This document shows, one piece after another, positions 27,428-37,398 of a stretch of DNA of 64,000 bases (positions are counted from its first letter, which is position 1; each line of letters opens with the position of its first letter). The notes under the pieces were generated by a model. That model saw nothing but the letters and a program-made list of their open reading frames with translations, was not told where the DNA came from and searched no databases. Origin of the DNA: a virus; IMG/VR virus record IMGVR_UViG_3300021964_000036, positions 18,492 through 82,491 of that record; one strand, written 5' to 3'. The translations under genes and the position numbers were made by a program.

Positions 27428-29434
27428 ATGAACGAGTCTTTATTGAATGAAAATCTCCTCTTTATCCTTGAAAAGCAAGATAATAGTCTTTCTGTCAACG
27501 ATAAAAACGAAGATGGCTATGTACTCAAAGGTATAGCAGCACAATTTGGAAAGGAGAATAATAATAACAGAATCTATGAGGAAGGTGAATACCTACCCCA
27601 TTTGGAGTACCTAAAAGATAAGATAGGTCAGAAAAGATTGGTTGGTGAATTAGACCATCCTGAAAAATTCGATGTTTCTCTTAAGAACATTTCTCACGTT
27701 GTTGAAGACCTTGTTTATGATAAAGACGGAAGAGTATTAAATATTAAGGTTCGTTTGCTTGACACACCAGCTGGACAAATTGCTAAGAAGCTAGTTGATG
27801 CTGGTATCCCTCTTTCTATTTCATCTAGAGCAGCTGGAAATGTTGGTCCTGATAAGAAGGTCCAAATCAAAAAAATCTTTACATACGATCTAGTAGCAGA
27901 TCCTGGTTTTCAGGATGCTCAACTTGAAAGAGTTTACGAGAGTGCTGGTTTTGATGCTTTTGAATTTCAAGAAAGGTCAAAGAAGTCAATCGTAAACAAC
28001 TTAGAGTGTGTAAACGAATCGCTAGGTTTAGAAAATGAATCTGGAGTGAAGATATATAAAGTTGAAAATAGCGAAGAATTCGAAAAAATCCTTAATCAAG
28101 ACAAAAATAAATCCAACATTATGGAGGCCAACAAAGAATATGTTACTGCTGACGAGCTTAATAAGTATTCTATCTTTTTGAAAAATAAGATGGATGAGCT
28201 TGAAACGCAGATTTCTGAAATGAAACAACAAGAAACTCAAGTTTCTGAAAGTGAAAACGACAGTGTAGACTGTAAAGCGCTCGAGGAAAGGGTTGCTAAA
28301 TTAGAGAAGTACTCCGAGTATCTTGCTGAAAATCTAGAAAGCGCTATCAAGTACGGCGAGTATTTGGCAGAAAATCTAGATAGCAGCATTACTTATTCTA
28401 AGTATCTTGCTGAGAATTTAGACAAGACTATCTCTTATTCAAAGTATTTGGCCGAAAATGTTGATAAGGGTATTTCTTATACCGAATATGTAGCTGAGAA
28501 TGTTGATAAGTCTATTGATTATTCTAAGTATTTAGCAGAAAAACTAGACGATGGTATTCAATACACAGAATACGTGGCTGAAAATCTTGATAAGAATATA
28601 GCTTACTCTGAGTATCTAGCAGAAAATGTTGATAAGAACATTGCTTATTCTGAGTATTTGGCAGAGAATCTTGATAAGGGTATTTCTTACTCTGAATATC
28701 TTGCAGAGAACTTGGATAAAGGAATCGCTTATTCTGAGTACATCGCAGAAAAATTAGATCAAGGCATTAATTACACAGAGTATCTTGCTGAAAATCTAAA
28801 CAAAGGTATCGCTTATTCCGATTACCTAGCTGAAAAGCTCAATGGCAATATTGCTAACACTGAAGCTCTTCACGAAAGCGCAAAGACAGAAAAAACTCCA
28901 ACACTAAACGAAAGTGCTAGAGAAAATGCTGAAAGCGCATCTAAAACTGAATTGGTTGAATCAGGATTTGCTGGAGATTATGAAAATCTCGGAAGCAAAA
29001 TTGATTCTCTAATTGAATCAGTCAAAACACAAAAGACTGAGGAAAATATAAACGAGGCACAAACGAAAGTTATGCCGACTGCTCAAACACAAAAAGCAGA
29101 TGAGGCAATCAACGAAGCCAAAGAAGAAAAATTGGTAGAGTCATCAGGTCACAAGTTTATTGATGAAATGCCAGAAGATTACGCTCCGTTATGGGAGTCA
29201 CTAAATGAAAGCCAAAAGCAATCAGTGATTGCACAATCAGCTTTCTATAACTTAGAGACTACATATCAGATCAAGAATTTCTGGTCAACACGTCAGCTTG
29301 GTGCTAAACCAGTGGGACTTCAGAAACTTCAAGAGAGCCAAGAAACACCAGAGCCTAAGACGGCTACAGCCCCTCAGGGGTATTCAAATGATTACCTTAA
29401 TTGGGTCGCTAAGTCGCTCGAAGGTAAGTTTTAA
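27428..29434 (+). CDS. gp21: prohead protease (gp21-like) fused to scaffolding/core domain
   Basis: N.NNRIY, GELDHP, SH, LLDTPAG, ISSRAAG, YDLVADPGF; C-terminal repeat and coiled-coil region; precedes the capsid gene. Confidence 0.9.
   Translation: MNESLLNENLLFILEKQDNSLSVNDKNEDGYVLKGIAAQFGKENNNNRIYEEGEYLPHLEYLKDKIGQKRLVGELDHPEKFDVSLKNISHVVEDLVYDKDGRVLNIKVRLLDTPAGQIAKKLVDAGIPLSISSRAAGNVGPDKKVQIKKIFTYDLVADPGFQDAQLERVYESAGFDAFEFQERSKKSIVNNLECVNESLGLENESGVKIYKVENSEEFEKILNQDKNKSNIMEANKEYVTADELNKYSIFLKNKMDELETQISEMKQQETQVSESENDSVDCKALEERVAKLEKYSEYLAENLESAIKYGEYLAENLDSSITYSKYLAENLDKTISYSKYLAENVDKGISYTEYVAENVDKSIDYSKYLAEKLDDGIQYTEYVAENLDKNIAYSEYLAENVDKNIAYSEYLAENLDKGISYSEYLAENLDKGIAYSEYIAEKLDQGINYTEYLAENLNKGIAYSDYLAEKLNGNIANTEALHESAKTEKTPTLNESARENAESASKTELVESGFAGDYENLGSKIDSLIESVKTQKTEENINEAQTKVMPTAQTQKADEAINEAKEEKLVESSGHKFIDEMPEDYAPLWESLNESQKQSVIAQSAFYNLETTYQIKNFWSTRQLGAKPVGLQKLQESQETPEPKTATAPQGYSNDYLNWVAKSLEGKF
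28051..28063 (+). promoter_or_regulatory. internal late promoter for nested scaffold
   Basis: GATATATAAAGTT begins 70 nt upstream of the in-frame ATG 28121, which has an A-rich leader. Confidence 0.6.
28121..29434 (+). CDS. putative nested in-frame scaffolding protein (gp22-equivalent)
   Basis: In-frame ATG after the protease domain, internal promoter, leader AAAAATAAATCCAACATT. Confidence 0.5.
   Translation: MEANKEYVTADELNKYSIFLKNKMDELETQISEMKQQETQVSESENDSVDCKALEERVAKLEKYSEYLAENLESAIKYGEYLAENLDSSITYSKYLAENLDKTISYSKYLAENVDKGISYTEYVAENVDKSIDYSKYLAEKLDDGIQYTEYVAENLDKNIAYSEYLAENVDKNIAYSEYLAENLDKGISYSEYLAENLDKGIAYSEYIAEKLDQGINYTEYLAENLNKGIAYSDYLAEKLNGNIANTEALHESAKTEKTPTLNESARENAESASKTELVESGFAGDYENLGSKIDSLIESVKTQKTEENINEAQTKVMPTAQTQKADEAINEAKEEKLVESSGHKFIDEMPEDYAPLWESLNESQKQSVIAQSAFYNLETTYQIKNFWSTRQLGAKPVGLQKLQESQETPEPKTATAPQGYSNDYLNWVAKSLEGKF
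28310..28855 (+). repeat. 13 x 42 bp degenerate coding repeat (YSEYLAENLDKGIx)
   Basis: 13 contiguous 14-aa units counted in the translation. Confidence 0.92.
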
Positions 29435-29459
29435 AAAACCTAAAAAAAATTAGTAAAAA

Positions 29460-31181
29460 ATGAAACTAATCAACGAAGCAGAAATCTTCGAAACCTGGTC
29501 TCCTATCATCGAGCAGAAGGCTGGAATTCAAGATGCTGAGAAAAAAGGATGGTTGAGCAAGTACTGCCACTACCATTCATTAAACGAGTCTGCTGGTGCA
29601 TATCAGTCACTAGCAACTGTAAACGGTATGGGTGCCGTAGCTCCACCCGCATACCCAGGTGGGTATAACTCCACTGGTTCTGCAGTAGGTACGCAAGCAA
29701 ACGCTGCTTTCTACAACGCTGCTAACCAAGGTTCAGGAGATAAGTTTCCTTCACTTCTTCCTTTGGCAATTCAGGTTGCTGCGAAGACAGTTGGATTCGA
29801 TATCGTTCCTGTAATTCCTATGTCAGGTCCTACTGGCGTACTTTCTTACCTAGATTACGTATACTCAGGTGGTAAAATCAGTCCTGCATCTGCTGGCGCA
29901 TCTGCTGCTGAAGCCCTTGCAACTGCACCTTCTATGATCAAGGTAGAATTGACAAACGCTGCAGCAGGATATCCTGGTAACTTTGCAGTAGGTACTACTT
30001 ACTACATCACTAACGCTTCTTCAGCTGGTGCTTACATCACAACTGAATTTGTTGGTCTTTCTAGAATCGATGGTTTCCCAATCTTCAGAATCGTTGGATT
30101 AACAGCTGGTGAAACTGTTTCTGCAGTTCTTGATGGCGGTGCTACTAAAATTGGTACTGCAGTAGATGGAAACCAAGCTGGTACTACAACTGCAAGAGCA
30201 GAATTGGTTAAAGCTCTTGAGGATCACATCCAAGGATTCTCTGGTGCTGGTTTTAACAACGACCAAGACTGGCAAGGACCATTCGTAGATGGTACTAAGA
30301 CTTACAACCCAATGCTAAGAGGTGTAGGTGAAAGCACTTACTACCAATCAATGGGTCTATCAACGTTCACTAAGTTCGTTGAAGCTGATACTTTCCAAGT
30401 AGCTGCTTCAGTAACTACTGAACAGATCCAAGACCTTAACAAGCAATTCGGTATCGACGTAATTTCTATGATCGAGAACGCATTGGTTAATGAGGTATCT
30501 CAAGCTATTAACAAGCACATCCTATCTAGAGCATTCGCTCTTGGTTGGTCTAACCACGATGAATTCTTGACTACAGAAGGTCAGAACTTGAACCTAAACC
30601 TCGTTATCGGTGGTACTGCTGGTTCATACACTATTCCTTCTTACGTAGGTAAGTCTGACACTGGTATCTCTATCGCTTCTGTTGCAGGTCCTGCTTCAGG
30701 TGGATACGAGAACTTGTCAACTCTACAGAGAAGACTATTCTCTAGAATTCTAGCTGGTGCTAACGTAGTAGCTAACAGAGGAAGAAGAGGTCCTGCTAAC
30801 TTCATCGTTACTAACGCTAACGTTGCAAGTGCATTGCAAGACATCTCTCAGTTCACTTTTGCACCTTTCTCTAACACACTAACTCAAAACAACGGTACAC
30901 TTTACCCAGTAGGTTCGCTTGCAGGTATGACTGTTTATGTTGATCAGAACATGAAGTTCGGTGATAACAGAGTATTAGTTGGTAGAAAAGGTGGTGACGA
31001 CGAACCAGGACTTAAGTTCATGCCTTACATGATGGCTGAGTCTATCCAAACAATCTCTGAGGGTACTATGTCACCTAAGATTGCGGTTAAGTCTCGTTAC
31101 GCTCTAGTAGAAGCTGGTTTCCACCCAGAAACTATGTACTTCTGTTTCCACGTGAACGTTCCTGCTGGAGGTCTATCCTAA
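29460..31181 (+). CDS. gp23: major capsid protein (T4 gp23-like)
   Basis: V.PMSGPTG, T.EQIQDL..QFGID, L.NE....INK, RRG.ANF, G..FMPY, PKIAVKSRY. Confidence 0.95.
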   Translation: MKLINEAEIFETWSPIIEQKAGIQDAEKKGWLSKYCHYHSLNESAGAYQSLATVNGMGAVAPPAYPGGYNSTGSAVGTQANAAFYNAANQGSGDKFPSLLPLAIQVAAKTVGFDIVPVIPMSGPTGVLSYLDYVYSGGKISPASAGASAAEALATAPSMIKVELTNAAAGYPGNFAVGTTYYITNASSAGAYITTEFVGLSRIDGFPIFRIVGLTAGETVSAVLDGGATKIGTAVDGNQAGTTTARAELVKALEDHIQGFSGAGFNNDQDWQGPFVDGTKTYNPMLRGVGESTYYQSMGLSTFTKFVEADTFQVAASVTTEQIQDLNKQFGIDVISMIENALVNEVSQAINKHILSRAFALGWSNHDEFLTTEGQNLNLNLVIGGTAGSYTIPSYVGKSDTGISIASVAGPASGGYENLSTLQRRLFSRILAGANVVANRGRRGPANFIVTNANVASALQDISQFTFAPFSNTLTQNNGTLYPVGSLAGMTVYVDQNMKFGDNRVLVGRKGGDDEPGLKFMPYMMAESIQTISEGTMSPKIAVKSRYALVEAGFHPETMYFCFHVNVPAGGLS

Positions 31182-31206
31182 TCAGTAGTTAGTACACACT
31201 AATATT

Positions 31207-31236
31207 AAACCCCAGGTTTTTGCCTGGGGTTTTTTT
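31207..31236 (+). terminator. intrinsic terminator after the capsid gene
   Basis: AAACCCCAGG-loop-CCTGGGGTTT plus T run. Confidence 0.9.
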
Positions 31237-31246
31237 GTGATCTGTT

Positions 31247-31254
31247 GATATATA
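31247..31254 (+). promoter_or_regulatory. putative late promoter GATATATA
   Basis: Just after the terminator, before ATG 31277. Confidence 0.65.
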
Positions 31255-31276
31255 GAATAAATGTGATTACTGTATA

Positions 31277-32377
31277 ATGAGGAAATTGAACTCACATAAG
31301 CAATTCCTTTTGGAAAGGGACCTTTCTATTGAGGTGGATCAGGTAGTATTAACGGAAATGCTCCTTGACTATTATGATATTAATGAAGGAAAGGCTTTGG
31401 ATACTATTAAAAATTCTGTCTCTAAGGCTTTATTTGGCCCCTTTTCTAGATTATCAGTAATAGATACCATAAGGAAGGGAAATTTAGACATCCAGAAAGA
31501 AATCATCACCAAAAGATATGATCTGGAGGATGAGATATTGGATTTAGATGGAAAAATAGAAGACTTAAGAAGAAGTGGTTCTTCAAGAAACGAAATCTCA
31601 AGAATACAAACACAAATTGATCGTAAAAGGAGAGAATACAAATCTTTTGTTCAAATGAAAAAAGAACAAACGAATAAGGGTATGAAGCTTCTTGAAAAAA
31701 CCATAGGTAAAAATCCTAGGAGAAAGGAATATTACGAAGCTGGTTTTTTAGACGATAAGTATGAATTAGCAAAATTTGAATATGAACTTGCGCAAAAGAA
31801 ATCTGCTGATCCTGGGGATGTAAAAGAACTAAAGAAAGATCTTGAGGATGCATCAAAGAAAGCAGAATCTTTCGTTGCCAACATTAAAAGCTCAGCTCAG
31901 ACCAAAACTAGAATAAAGGACTCAGAGCTTGAGGATATATCAGCTCTTAGAAAAAAGATAAGTGCAAAGGATACTGGGGTAATTGTTTCTTTAAGGGAGA
32001 AATCTAAAGAACGTGTAAATGAATTAAAATCACAAATGGGGAAGACGCTCCAGAATATGAAATCTTTTATGTCAAAATCCCCATCGTATGATGAAGTAAA
32101 ATCCTCTGGCAAAATATCTAATGGCATAAAAGATTTAGAATCAAAAGCCAATGAGGTGGATGCTTTAGAGAATCTTGTTAAAGTATATTCAGATTCGATA
32201 GCATCTAAGGATAAATCTCTTTCCAGCGAATCCGCATTAACCAATCTTTTTAGCAAGATAAATTCAGCTATTGCTGATGGCAATGATGCTGGGTCTGGTA
32301 TAACTAAAGATATTATAGATATGAAATCTGATATTACACTTAAAAAGATCAGTAACCTAATAAAAAAATTAGTCTAA
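31277..32377 (+). CDS. coiled-coil putative head-internal protein
   Basis: Leader MRKLNSHKQFLLE and INE site; Lys-rich and helical. Confidence 0.6.
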   Translation: MRKLNSHKQFLLERDLSIEVDQVVLTEMLLDYYDINEGKALDTIKNSVSKALFGPFSRLSVIDTIRKGNLDIQKEIITKRYDLEDEILDLDGKIEDLRRSGSSRNEISRIQTQIDRKRREYKSFVQMKKEQTNKGMKLLEKTIGKNPRRKEYYEAGFLDDKYELAKFEYELAQKKSADPGDVKELKKDLEDASKKAESFVANIKSSAQTKTRIKDSELEDISALRKKISAKDTGVIVSLREKSKERVNELKSQMGKTLQNMKSFMSKSPSYDEVKSSGKISNGIKDLESKANEVDALENLVKVYSDSIASKDKSLSSESALTNLFSKINSAIADGNDAGSGITKDIIDMKSDITLKKISNLIKKLV

Positions 32378-32378
32378 C

Positions 32379-33272
32379 ATGCTTCTGAAATTTAAAGAGT
32401 GGGAATCACACAATATTAATGAAAAAGATGCCAGCATTGATAAGATCATGAACTGGCTAAGTTCCAATTTTGGTGGTACTATATCAAAGATAGATAGTTT
32501 GCTCGCAGACATTAATTCTATTGAATCACAATATTCAAAAGATTGGAATGATATTCAAACTGACATAGATGCACTGGAAATAAAGAAAGCTCAAACAAAA
32601 AGTGATCCTGCAGAATCTAAAAAGCTAGAAAGGATGATTGATAGAAATCAAAAACTAGTTGTTGCTTTGAATAAAAAGAGAAAAGCTGATATTGATAAGA
32701 TTGATAATAAGGTCGAAAAGCTTACTAAGGGTAAGCAAAGACTAGTATCATATTGGAACCTTAAAAAATCTGAATTGGAAGCTGATCTTGCTGAGAAGAT
32801 GTATAAGATGGCAAAAGATTTAACAGATGAATCCATTGCAGACGATCTTTATGACAAATATAAGGAGGCAGCTCTCCAAGCAAAAGCTAAGGATGAGAAA
32901 TTTAGGGAAAAGTTTGGTAAACTGGAATTAGCTAAACCGTCTACATTAAAACAAGATGCTGAAACTAAAGCCATATCTGGTTCTAATTTTTCAATGGATC
33001 CTATCTTCTCCATGAATGCTCCACAGTTTACTAAGTTTGTACAAGACCTTGAAAAAAGTCAAGTTAGTGCTTTAATTAAAGCAATGCAGTCTGAAAGGAA
33101 TGAAAGATATGCAACTTTAGATACCGAAAGAGATAGACTAGAGGCGCAAGCAAAAAAGAAAGGCCTTTCTTCGGATAGCGTCAAAAAGGACCTTTCGGAC
33201 CTCAGAGAAACCTTGATGAGGCAGATAAGAGATTTAAGAACTAAAATAACTATTGCTAGAAGGTATGCATAA
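32379..33272 (+). CDS. coiled-coil putative head-internal protein (distant paralog of 31277..32377)
   Basis: Leader MLLKFKEW...INE; similar domain layout. Confidence 0.6.
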   Translation: MLLKFKEWESHNINEKDASIDKIMNWLSSNFGGTISKIDSLLADINSIESQYSKDWNDIQTDIDALEIKKAQTKSDPAESKKLERMIDRNQKLVVALNKKRKADIDKIDNKVEKLTKGKQRLVSYWNLKKSELEADLAEKMYKMAKDLTDESIADDLYDKYKEAALQAKAKDEKFREKFGKLELAKPSTLKQDAETKAISGSNFSMDPIFSMNAPQFTKFVQDLEKSQVSALIKAMQSERNERYATLDTERDRLEAQAKKKGLSSDSVKKDLSDLRETLMRQIRDLRTKITIARRYA

Positions 33273-33534
33273 TCACATCAAGAGCTTAAACGATTTCCCC
33301 CTTTTTGAAGGTGTGAACGAGGACCTTGTAAAAGCAAAGGCTGACGTTAATGCTAAGCAAGCAGAAATTGCTGAAGAGATAGCTAAGCAAAAAGAAACAA
33401 CTGATCTAAAGGAAAAAGCGGCAAGCATTAGAAACCAGGCAAGATTAACAGGACAGATGCCAGGTCTATTAAATGCTTTAGCAAACGCTATGGACGCAAA
33501 GGCTGATTCCGGAGATACAACAAATATTTACTAA
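33265..33534 (+). CDS. small putative head-internal protein
   Basis: Leader MHNHIKSLNDFPLFE; start at ATG 33265. Confidence 0.6.
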   Translation: MHNHIKSLNDFPLFEGVNEDLVKAKADVNAKQAEIAEEIAKQKETTDLKEKAASIRNQARLTGQMPGLLNALANAMDAKADSGDTTNIY

Positions 33535-33536
33535 AG

Positions 33537-35930
33537 ATGGCAAATAATTATCTTAAAAGAAACCCAGTAGCAAATCAGATGTCAATTGAGACATTTAGAT
33601 TGTTCGAAAATCAAGATGTTGATAAGGCTTTAGAGATATCTGTAAATACCCTATTAAGTCTATATAAGAAACTTACGTTCGATTTAGCCTCTGATAGGAA
33701 CAGAACTTTTGACTCCTTTTCTAAGAAGTTAATAACTGTTAGTGATGCTTCTTCAATTAAGTCATTAGTTGCTAACATTAAGGATGTCTGCGAAGACGTT
33801 GATCTTTCTGATAGTGTTCTTGCACCATTAAAGAAAAGGTATTTAGATTCTATTGATATGGTAGGGGATGCTATTAAGAGAATGATAGAATTAGATCCTT
33901 CGTTAGAAGCAAAGGCTATTGAATATTTTAAGAAGTCGAGTAAGGTCTTAATGGAAACAATTAAAAGGGTAGCAGACCAATACAAAGAGAAACTTAACGA
34001 GTCTACTGCAATTGGTGTACCTGGAAGAATGGAGAGGTTAAAGAGAATCCTTTTAAACCATATTGTTGATTCGAAGGGAAAGGATGCTAAGTCAGGATAT
34101 GGTAGGGACTGGCATCGCTTGTTCTCAACATTAGAGCAGAAGCTTTCTGCAATTAATAGTGATAAGGCAACATTTTCTGATGCTGATAGAAAAAACTTGT
34201 CGGAGCTTGAAAAAAAGACTGATAGTCTTGTACAGGAGTATAATCAATATAAGGTTAGAGCTGTTGAGACAATGATGTCCAAGATATTAAAGGACTCTGA
34301 TCTGGAAGCTAAGTTTTCTGATTTTATTGAAATAATGACAAATGCCCTAGATGGAGTTACAAAATCTAACACTGAAGAAGGGTTAATTGAGGTAAAGGTT
34401 AGAGAGAACCTTGATGACAAAGAAACTAGGATGCAAGATAGAGTATTCCCATTAAAGGCGGGTGATAAAGACAATGATGCTAAGCTAAAGGGGTCGGGGT
34501 TAATCCAGGCTATTCAAAAGTCTCTAATTGATGCATTTGTACCTATCAAAAATCTTTTAGATCCAAGAGGAGGTGCAAACGGAAACTTTGATACCTCCAT
34601 GGGAGTTGCTGTCAAATCTATTCAGGCTTCACTGGGTAATAAGGATGTAAGTGGTAAATTAGATAAGCCACTCTTAGATGTTATCCTCAAGTTGGACCAA
34701 GTATCGTCTGAAAACAAGGACTCTATTAAGGAAGCTATTGGAAAACTTAGGGTTTCATATTCTACTCTTAGTGAATCCGGTAATGCGTTAAGTGTTAGCG
34801 AGTTTATGAGATTGATGGAAGCAATGACCTATATTGATCCGAATGAAATTGAGGATAAGATTAAGCTTTATAGTGAAGAAATAACGGAGGATGATGAATC
34901 AATGTCACAGCCGACTACTTCTGATTATTCTATGGCAGAGGCATTAGCAAAACTTCTTAGAACAAAGAACTACAATAAGAATGCAGAAGCAGAAGATTTC
35001 CTTAAAGAAGACGGTACACTAAAAGGATCTTGTCCTCACGATTTTGTTAGTGGTTGGACAAAAGCTATCTCTGGGGATAAGCCAGTTTCGTTCTTCTTTA
35101 TAGAGGACGAGGAAGGCGGATCCCTTTACCCAACAAAGAGAATTTCTGGTAATGTAAACAAGCCATGTAACTGGAAAAGATATAAATCCATATCTGGAGA
35201 CGAAACGGAAGACATCCACAAGTTTGGAAAGTGGTATACCACATACTGGAAAAACTTTGGTGGCGTTGGCTCCGAAATCAAAGGAAAGGTACTTGATGAT
35301 GTAATGAAATCAAATTGCTCTTTAGCAAAGGAGGAAAAATTGGATGACGTTGTTACAATTTATGAGGAGCTAGAAAATTCTTTTATGCCACATAAGGAAG
35401 AAATTTGTCATGGCTACCTTAGACCTGAATCAATGAAAGGCATATGCTCCAGCGTAAAAGGAATGATGGGTAATGACGGAATAGATAATTTAAGCCCTAG
35501 CGAACTTAGATCTCTTTATAACACTGTGGTCGTAACATCCCCTCTTATTACATTTGACAAAGAAAATGACGAATGGGTTCCTGCTTTAAATATGTTATGT
35601 AAGAATTTGAATATATCTGAAGACGAGCTAATTTCTGGCATTAAGAAGAACGGATCCCTAGGGAAATCTGGAAAGATGAGTGCTGAAAAAATTGCTTACC
35701 TGGACACAAGACCTAACCAAGACTCCAACAACAATGAGATTCTAAAGTCTACAATTCTGGGAAGTACAGAGGACCCTGAGAAGGTTGCAAATATGAAGTC
35801 TACCTTGGATAAGATTAAATCGATAACAAAGAGTCTTTCCAAACACACAAAAAGAATTGGAATCTCCAAAAGCGATGACATAAGTCCGGATGTTTCGGAT
35901 TCTATGGTTATCATTACGATGGAGAGGTAA
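33537..35930 (+). CDS. large putative head-internal protein with peptidoglycan-binding-like domain
   Basis: FPLKAGD...IQAIQKSL...NGNFDTSM..AVKSIQ...SGKLD resembles a PG-binding domain; LFE, LNES and LSES sites. Confidence 0.55.
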   Translation: MANNYLKRNPVANQMSIETFRLFENQDVDKALEISVNTLLSLYKKLTFDLASDRNRTFDSFSKKLITVSDASSIKSLVANIKDVCEDVDLSDSVLAPLKKRYLDSIDMVGDAIKRMIELDPSLEAKAIEYFKKSSKVLMETIKRVADQYKEKLNESTAIGVPGRMERLKRILLNHIVDSKGKDAKSGYGRDWHRLFSTLEQKLSAINSDKATFSDADRKNLSELEKKTDSLVQEYNQYKVRAVETMMSKILKDSDLEAKFSDFIEIMTNALDGVTKSNTEEGLIEVKVRENLDDKETRMQDRVFPLKAGDKDNDAKLKGSGLIQAIQKSLIDAFVPIKNLLDPRGGANGNFDTSMGVAVKSIQASLGNKDVSGKLDKPLLDVILKLDQVSSENKDSIKEAIGKLRVSYSTLSESGNALSVSEFMRLMEAMTYIDPNEIEDKIKLYSEEITEDDESMSQPTTSDYSMAEALAKLLRTKNYNKNAEAEDFLKEDGTLKGSCPHDFVSGWTKAISGDKPVSFFFIEDEEGGSLYPTKRISGNVNKPCNWKRYKSISGDETEDIHKFGKWYTTYWKNFGGVGSEIKGKVLDDVMKSNCSLAKEEKLDDVVTIYEELENSFMPHKEEICHGYLRPESMKGICSSVKGMMGNDGIDNLSPSELRSLYNTVVVTSPLITFDKENDEWVPALNMLCKNLNISEDELISGIKKNGSLGKSGKMSAEKIAYLDTRPNQDSNNNEILKSTILGSTEDPEKVANMKSTLDKIKSITKSLSKHTKRIGISKSDDISPDVSDSMVIITMER

Positions 35931-35934
35931 ACCA

Positions 35935-35962
35935 GAAACTTATTTCTTATTGCTCCCTATAA
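35935..35962 (+). promoter_or_regulatory. putative phage ECF-sigma promoter
   Basis: GAAAC-N17-CTATAA. Confidence 0.6.
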
Positions 35963-35981
35963 TTCGTGTAAATTAATTTAG

Positions 35982-36914
35982 GTGGGTAGTAGAGGAAAGC
36001 TATATTTATTGAGTTTTTGTAGTGAGGGACCTCCTGCTGATTCTGGTGAGGATCTTTCCGGTAATGTGAATAATATAAAAACTCTACTAAGCGATTTTTT
36101 CGATGATATTTTCATTTATAGCCCATCCTCTCTAAAAGAGTGCGACGGTAGCCAAGATTTTTGCAACGTACAGGAGGGGGTATTTCCACTAAATCCTGGA
36201 ATACACGCTAATGGATGTGGTGATTTTAAATCATTCCTGATAGATAGGAAGCTTTCCGAGATGGATGAGGGAGATATACTGTTTTATCACGACTGTAATT
36301 TTCATAAATATCCACAGTACTGGCAAACTGATTGGGGTAATTTAAGGGATATGGTAGATTTTTTGTTGACAGAAAACAATTCAGATATCTTTATACCCTT
36401 TGAGCATGATGCATTTGGTGTCAAGCCCCAAGTTAGAATGCACGGAAAAAGGTACACCACAGATATTATTATAAAGGATCCGAAGGAGTCTAAAATCGTA
36501 TCCCAGTGTTGGGAAATAGCATCCAGCAGGATGGTTATTAAGAACACTGAATTCTCTAGACACTTTTTTAAGGAATATAAGGAACTTTGCAGAAGGAAGG
36601 ATCTGCTAACAAAATACCCAAATCCAAACCCATATCCGGAATTTACCCACAGTTGTCCAGAGCAGCATGTTTTAAATTGTTTAATTTACAGGTATATTCT
36701 CGAAGGTAAGCTGGATAAGCATTTCCCAAGATATTCCTTTCCTGAAAGAAAACTTATACTCAATAAAAATGTTGAGTATAGGATAAATGAGGAACTATCG
36801 AAATATATGTCAGTCAAAACCATAAAAGAATTTGAAAATACTCATAGGAATGGGAGGAAAGATAAAAATATTCGAAGGGCCAAGAAATTCGGGCAAGACA
36901 TTTTTGGCACGTAA
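35982..36914 (+). CDS. putative GT-A fold glycosyltransferase
   Basis: FKSFLI...L....EGDILFYHDC (DxD-like) and H..EQ.VLN motifs. Confidence 0.5.
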   Translation: MGSRGKLYLLSFCSEGPPADSGEDLSGNVNNIKTLLSDFFDDIFIYSPSSLKECDGSQDFCNVQEGVFPLNPGIHANGCGDFKSFLIDRKLSEMDEGDILFYHDCNFHKYPQYWQTDWGNLRDMVDFLLTENNSDIFIPFEHDAFGVKPQVRMHGKRYTTDIIIKDPKESKIVSQCWEIASSRMVIKNTEFSRHFFKEYKELCRRKDLLTKYPNPNPYPEFTHSCPEQHVLNCLIYRYILEGKLDKHFPRYSFPERKLILNKNVEYRINEELSKYMSVKTIKEFENTHRNGRKDKNIRRAKKFGQDIFGT

Positions 36915-37398
36915 GTATTCTGAAGTGCACAACCTCCCGATTTATAAGTTTGATTTCGTTGGGTGGTTTAATAGGTTCCAATTAGATAATGAATCTCGGG
37001 AAACACACTCATTTGCTCTTGGTAAGGAACTAATGTTGTTGCAACTTTCAAGGGACGGGCTATTGCCAGATTTTATTCTCGACAGAGGAATTATAACGGT
37101 TTTATCATGGGGAATATTGTCTAATAGGATAACTGAAGAATTTGCTCACAATCAACTTAAAATGATTGCTGAGCAGGGGTTGCTTGATAATTGTGAGATC
37201 TACTTTGTAACCGGCGATAATCCAGACAAGTCACCAAGGAATAAAGATAACTGGGATTTTACAGAGCAAGACAACAAGGAGCTAGAGATAGTTGAAAATC
37301 TTATTGGTTGCATACAGAGTCAACCTTACAATGTTTACGTGCATAGGGTTTTTAACAGCTTCACCAACAAGACAATAAATGATTTAAAGCATATCTAA
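36850..37398 (+). CDS. P-loop nucleoside monophosphate kinase (thymidylate kinase-like)
   Basis: IFEGPRNSGKT and ILDRG; start at ATG 36850. Confidence 0.75.
   Translation: MGGKIKIFEGPRNSGKTFLARKYSEVHNLPIYKFDFVGWFNRFQLDNESRETHSFALGKELMLLQLSRDGLLPDFILDRGIITVLSWGILSNRITEEFAHNQLKMIAEQGLLDNCEIYFVTGDNPDKSPRNKDNWDFTEQDNKELEIVENLIGCIQSQPYNVYVHRVFNSFTNKTINDLKHI

Noticed and set aside
28310-28855. 42-bp periodic repeat as a CRISPR array
   Set aside because: No repeat-spacer alternation; variation is largely synonymous and the units are in frame within the scaffold CDS.
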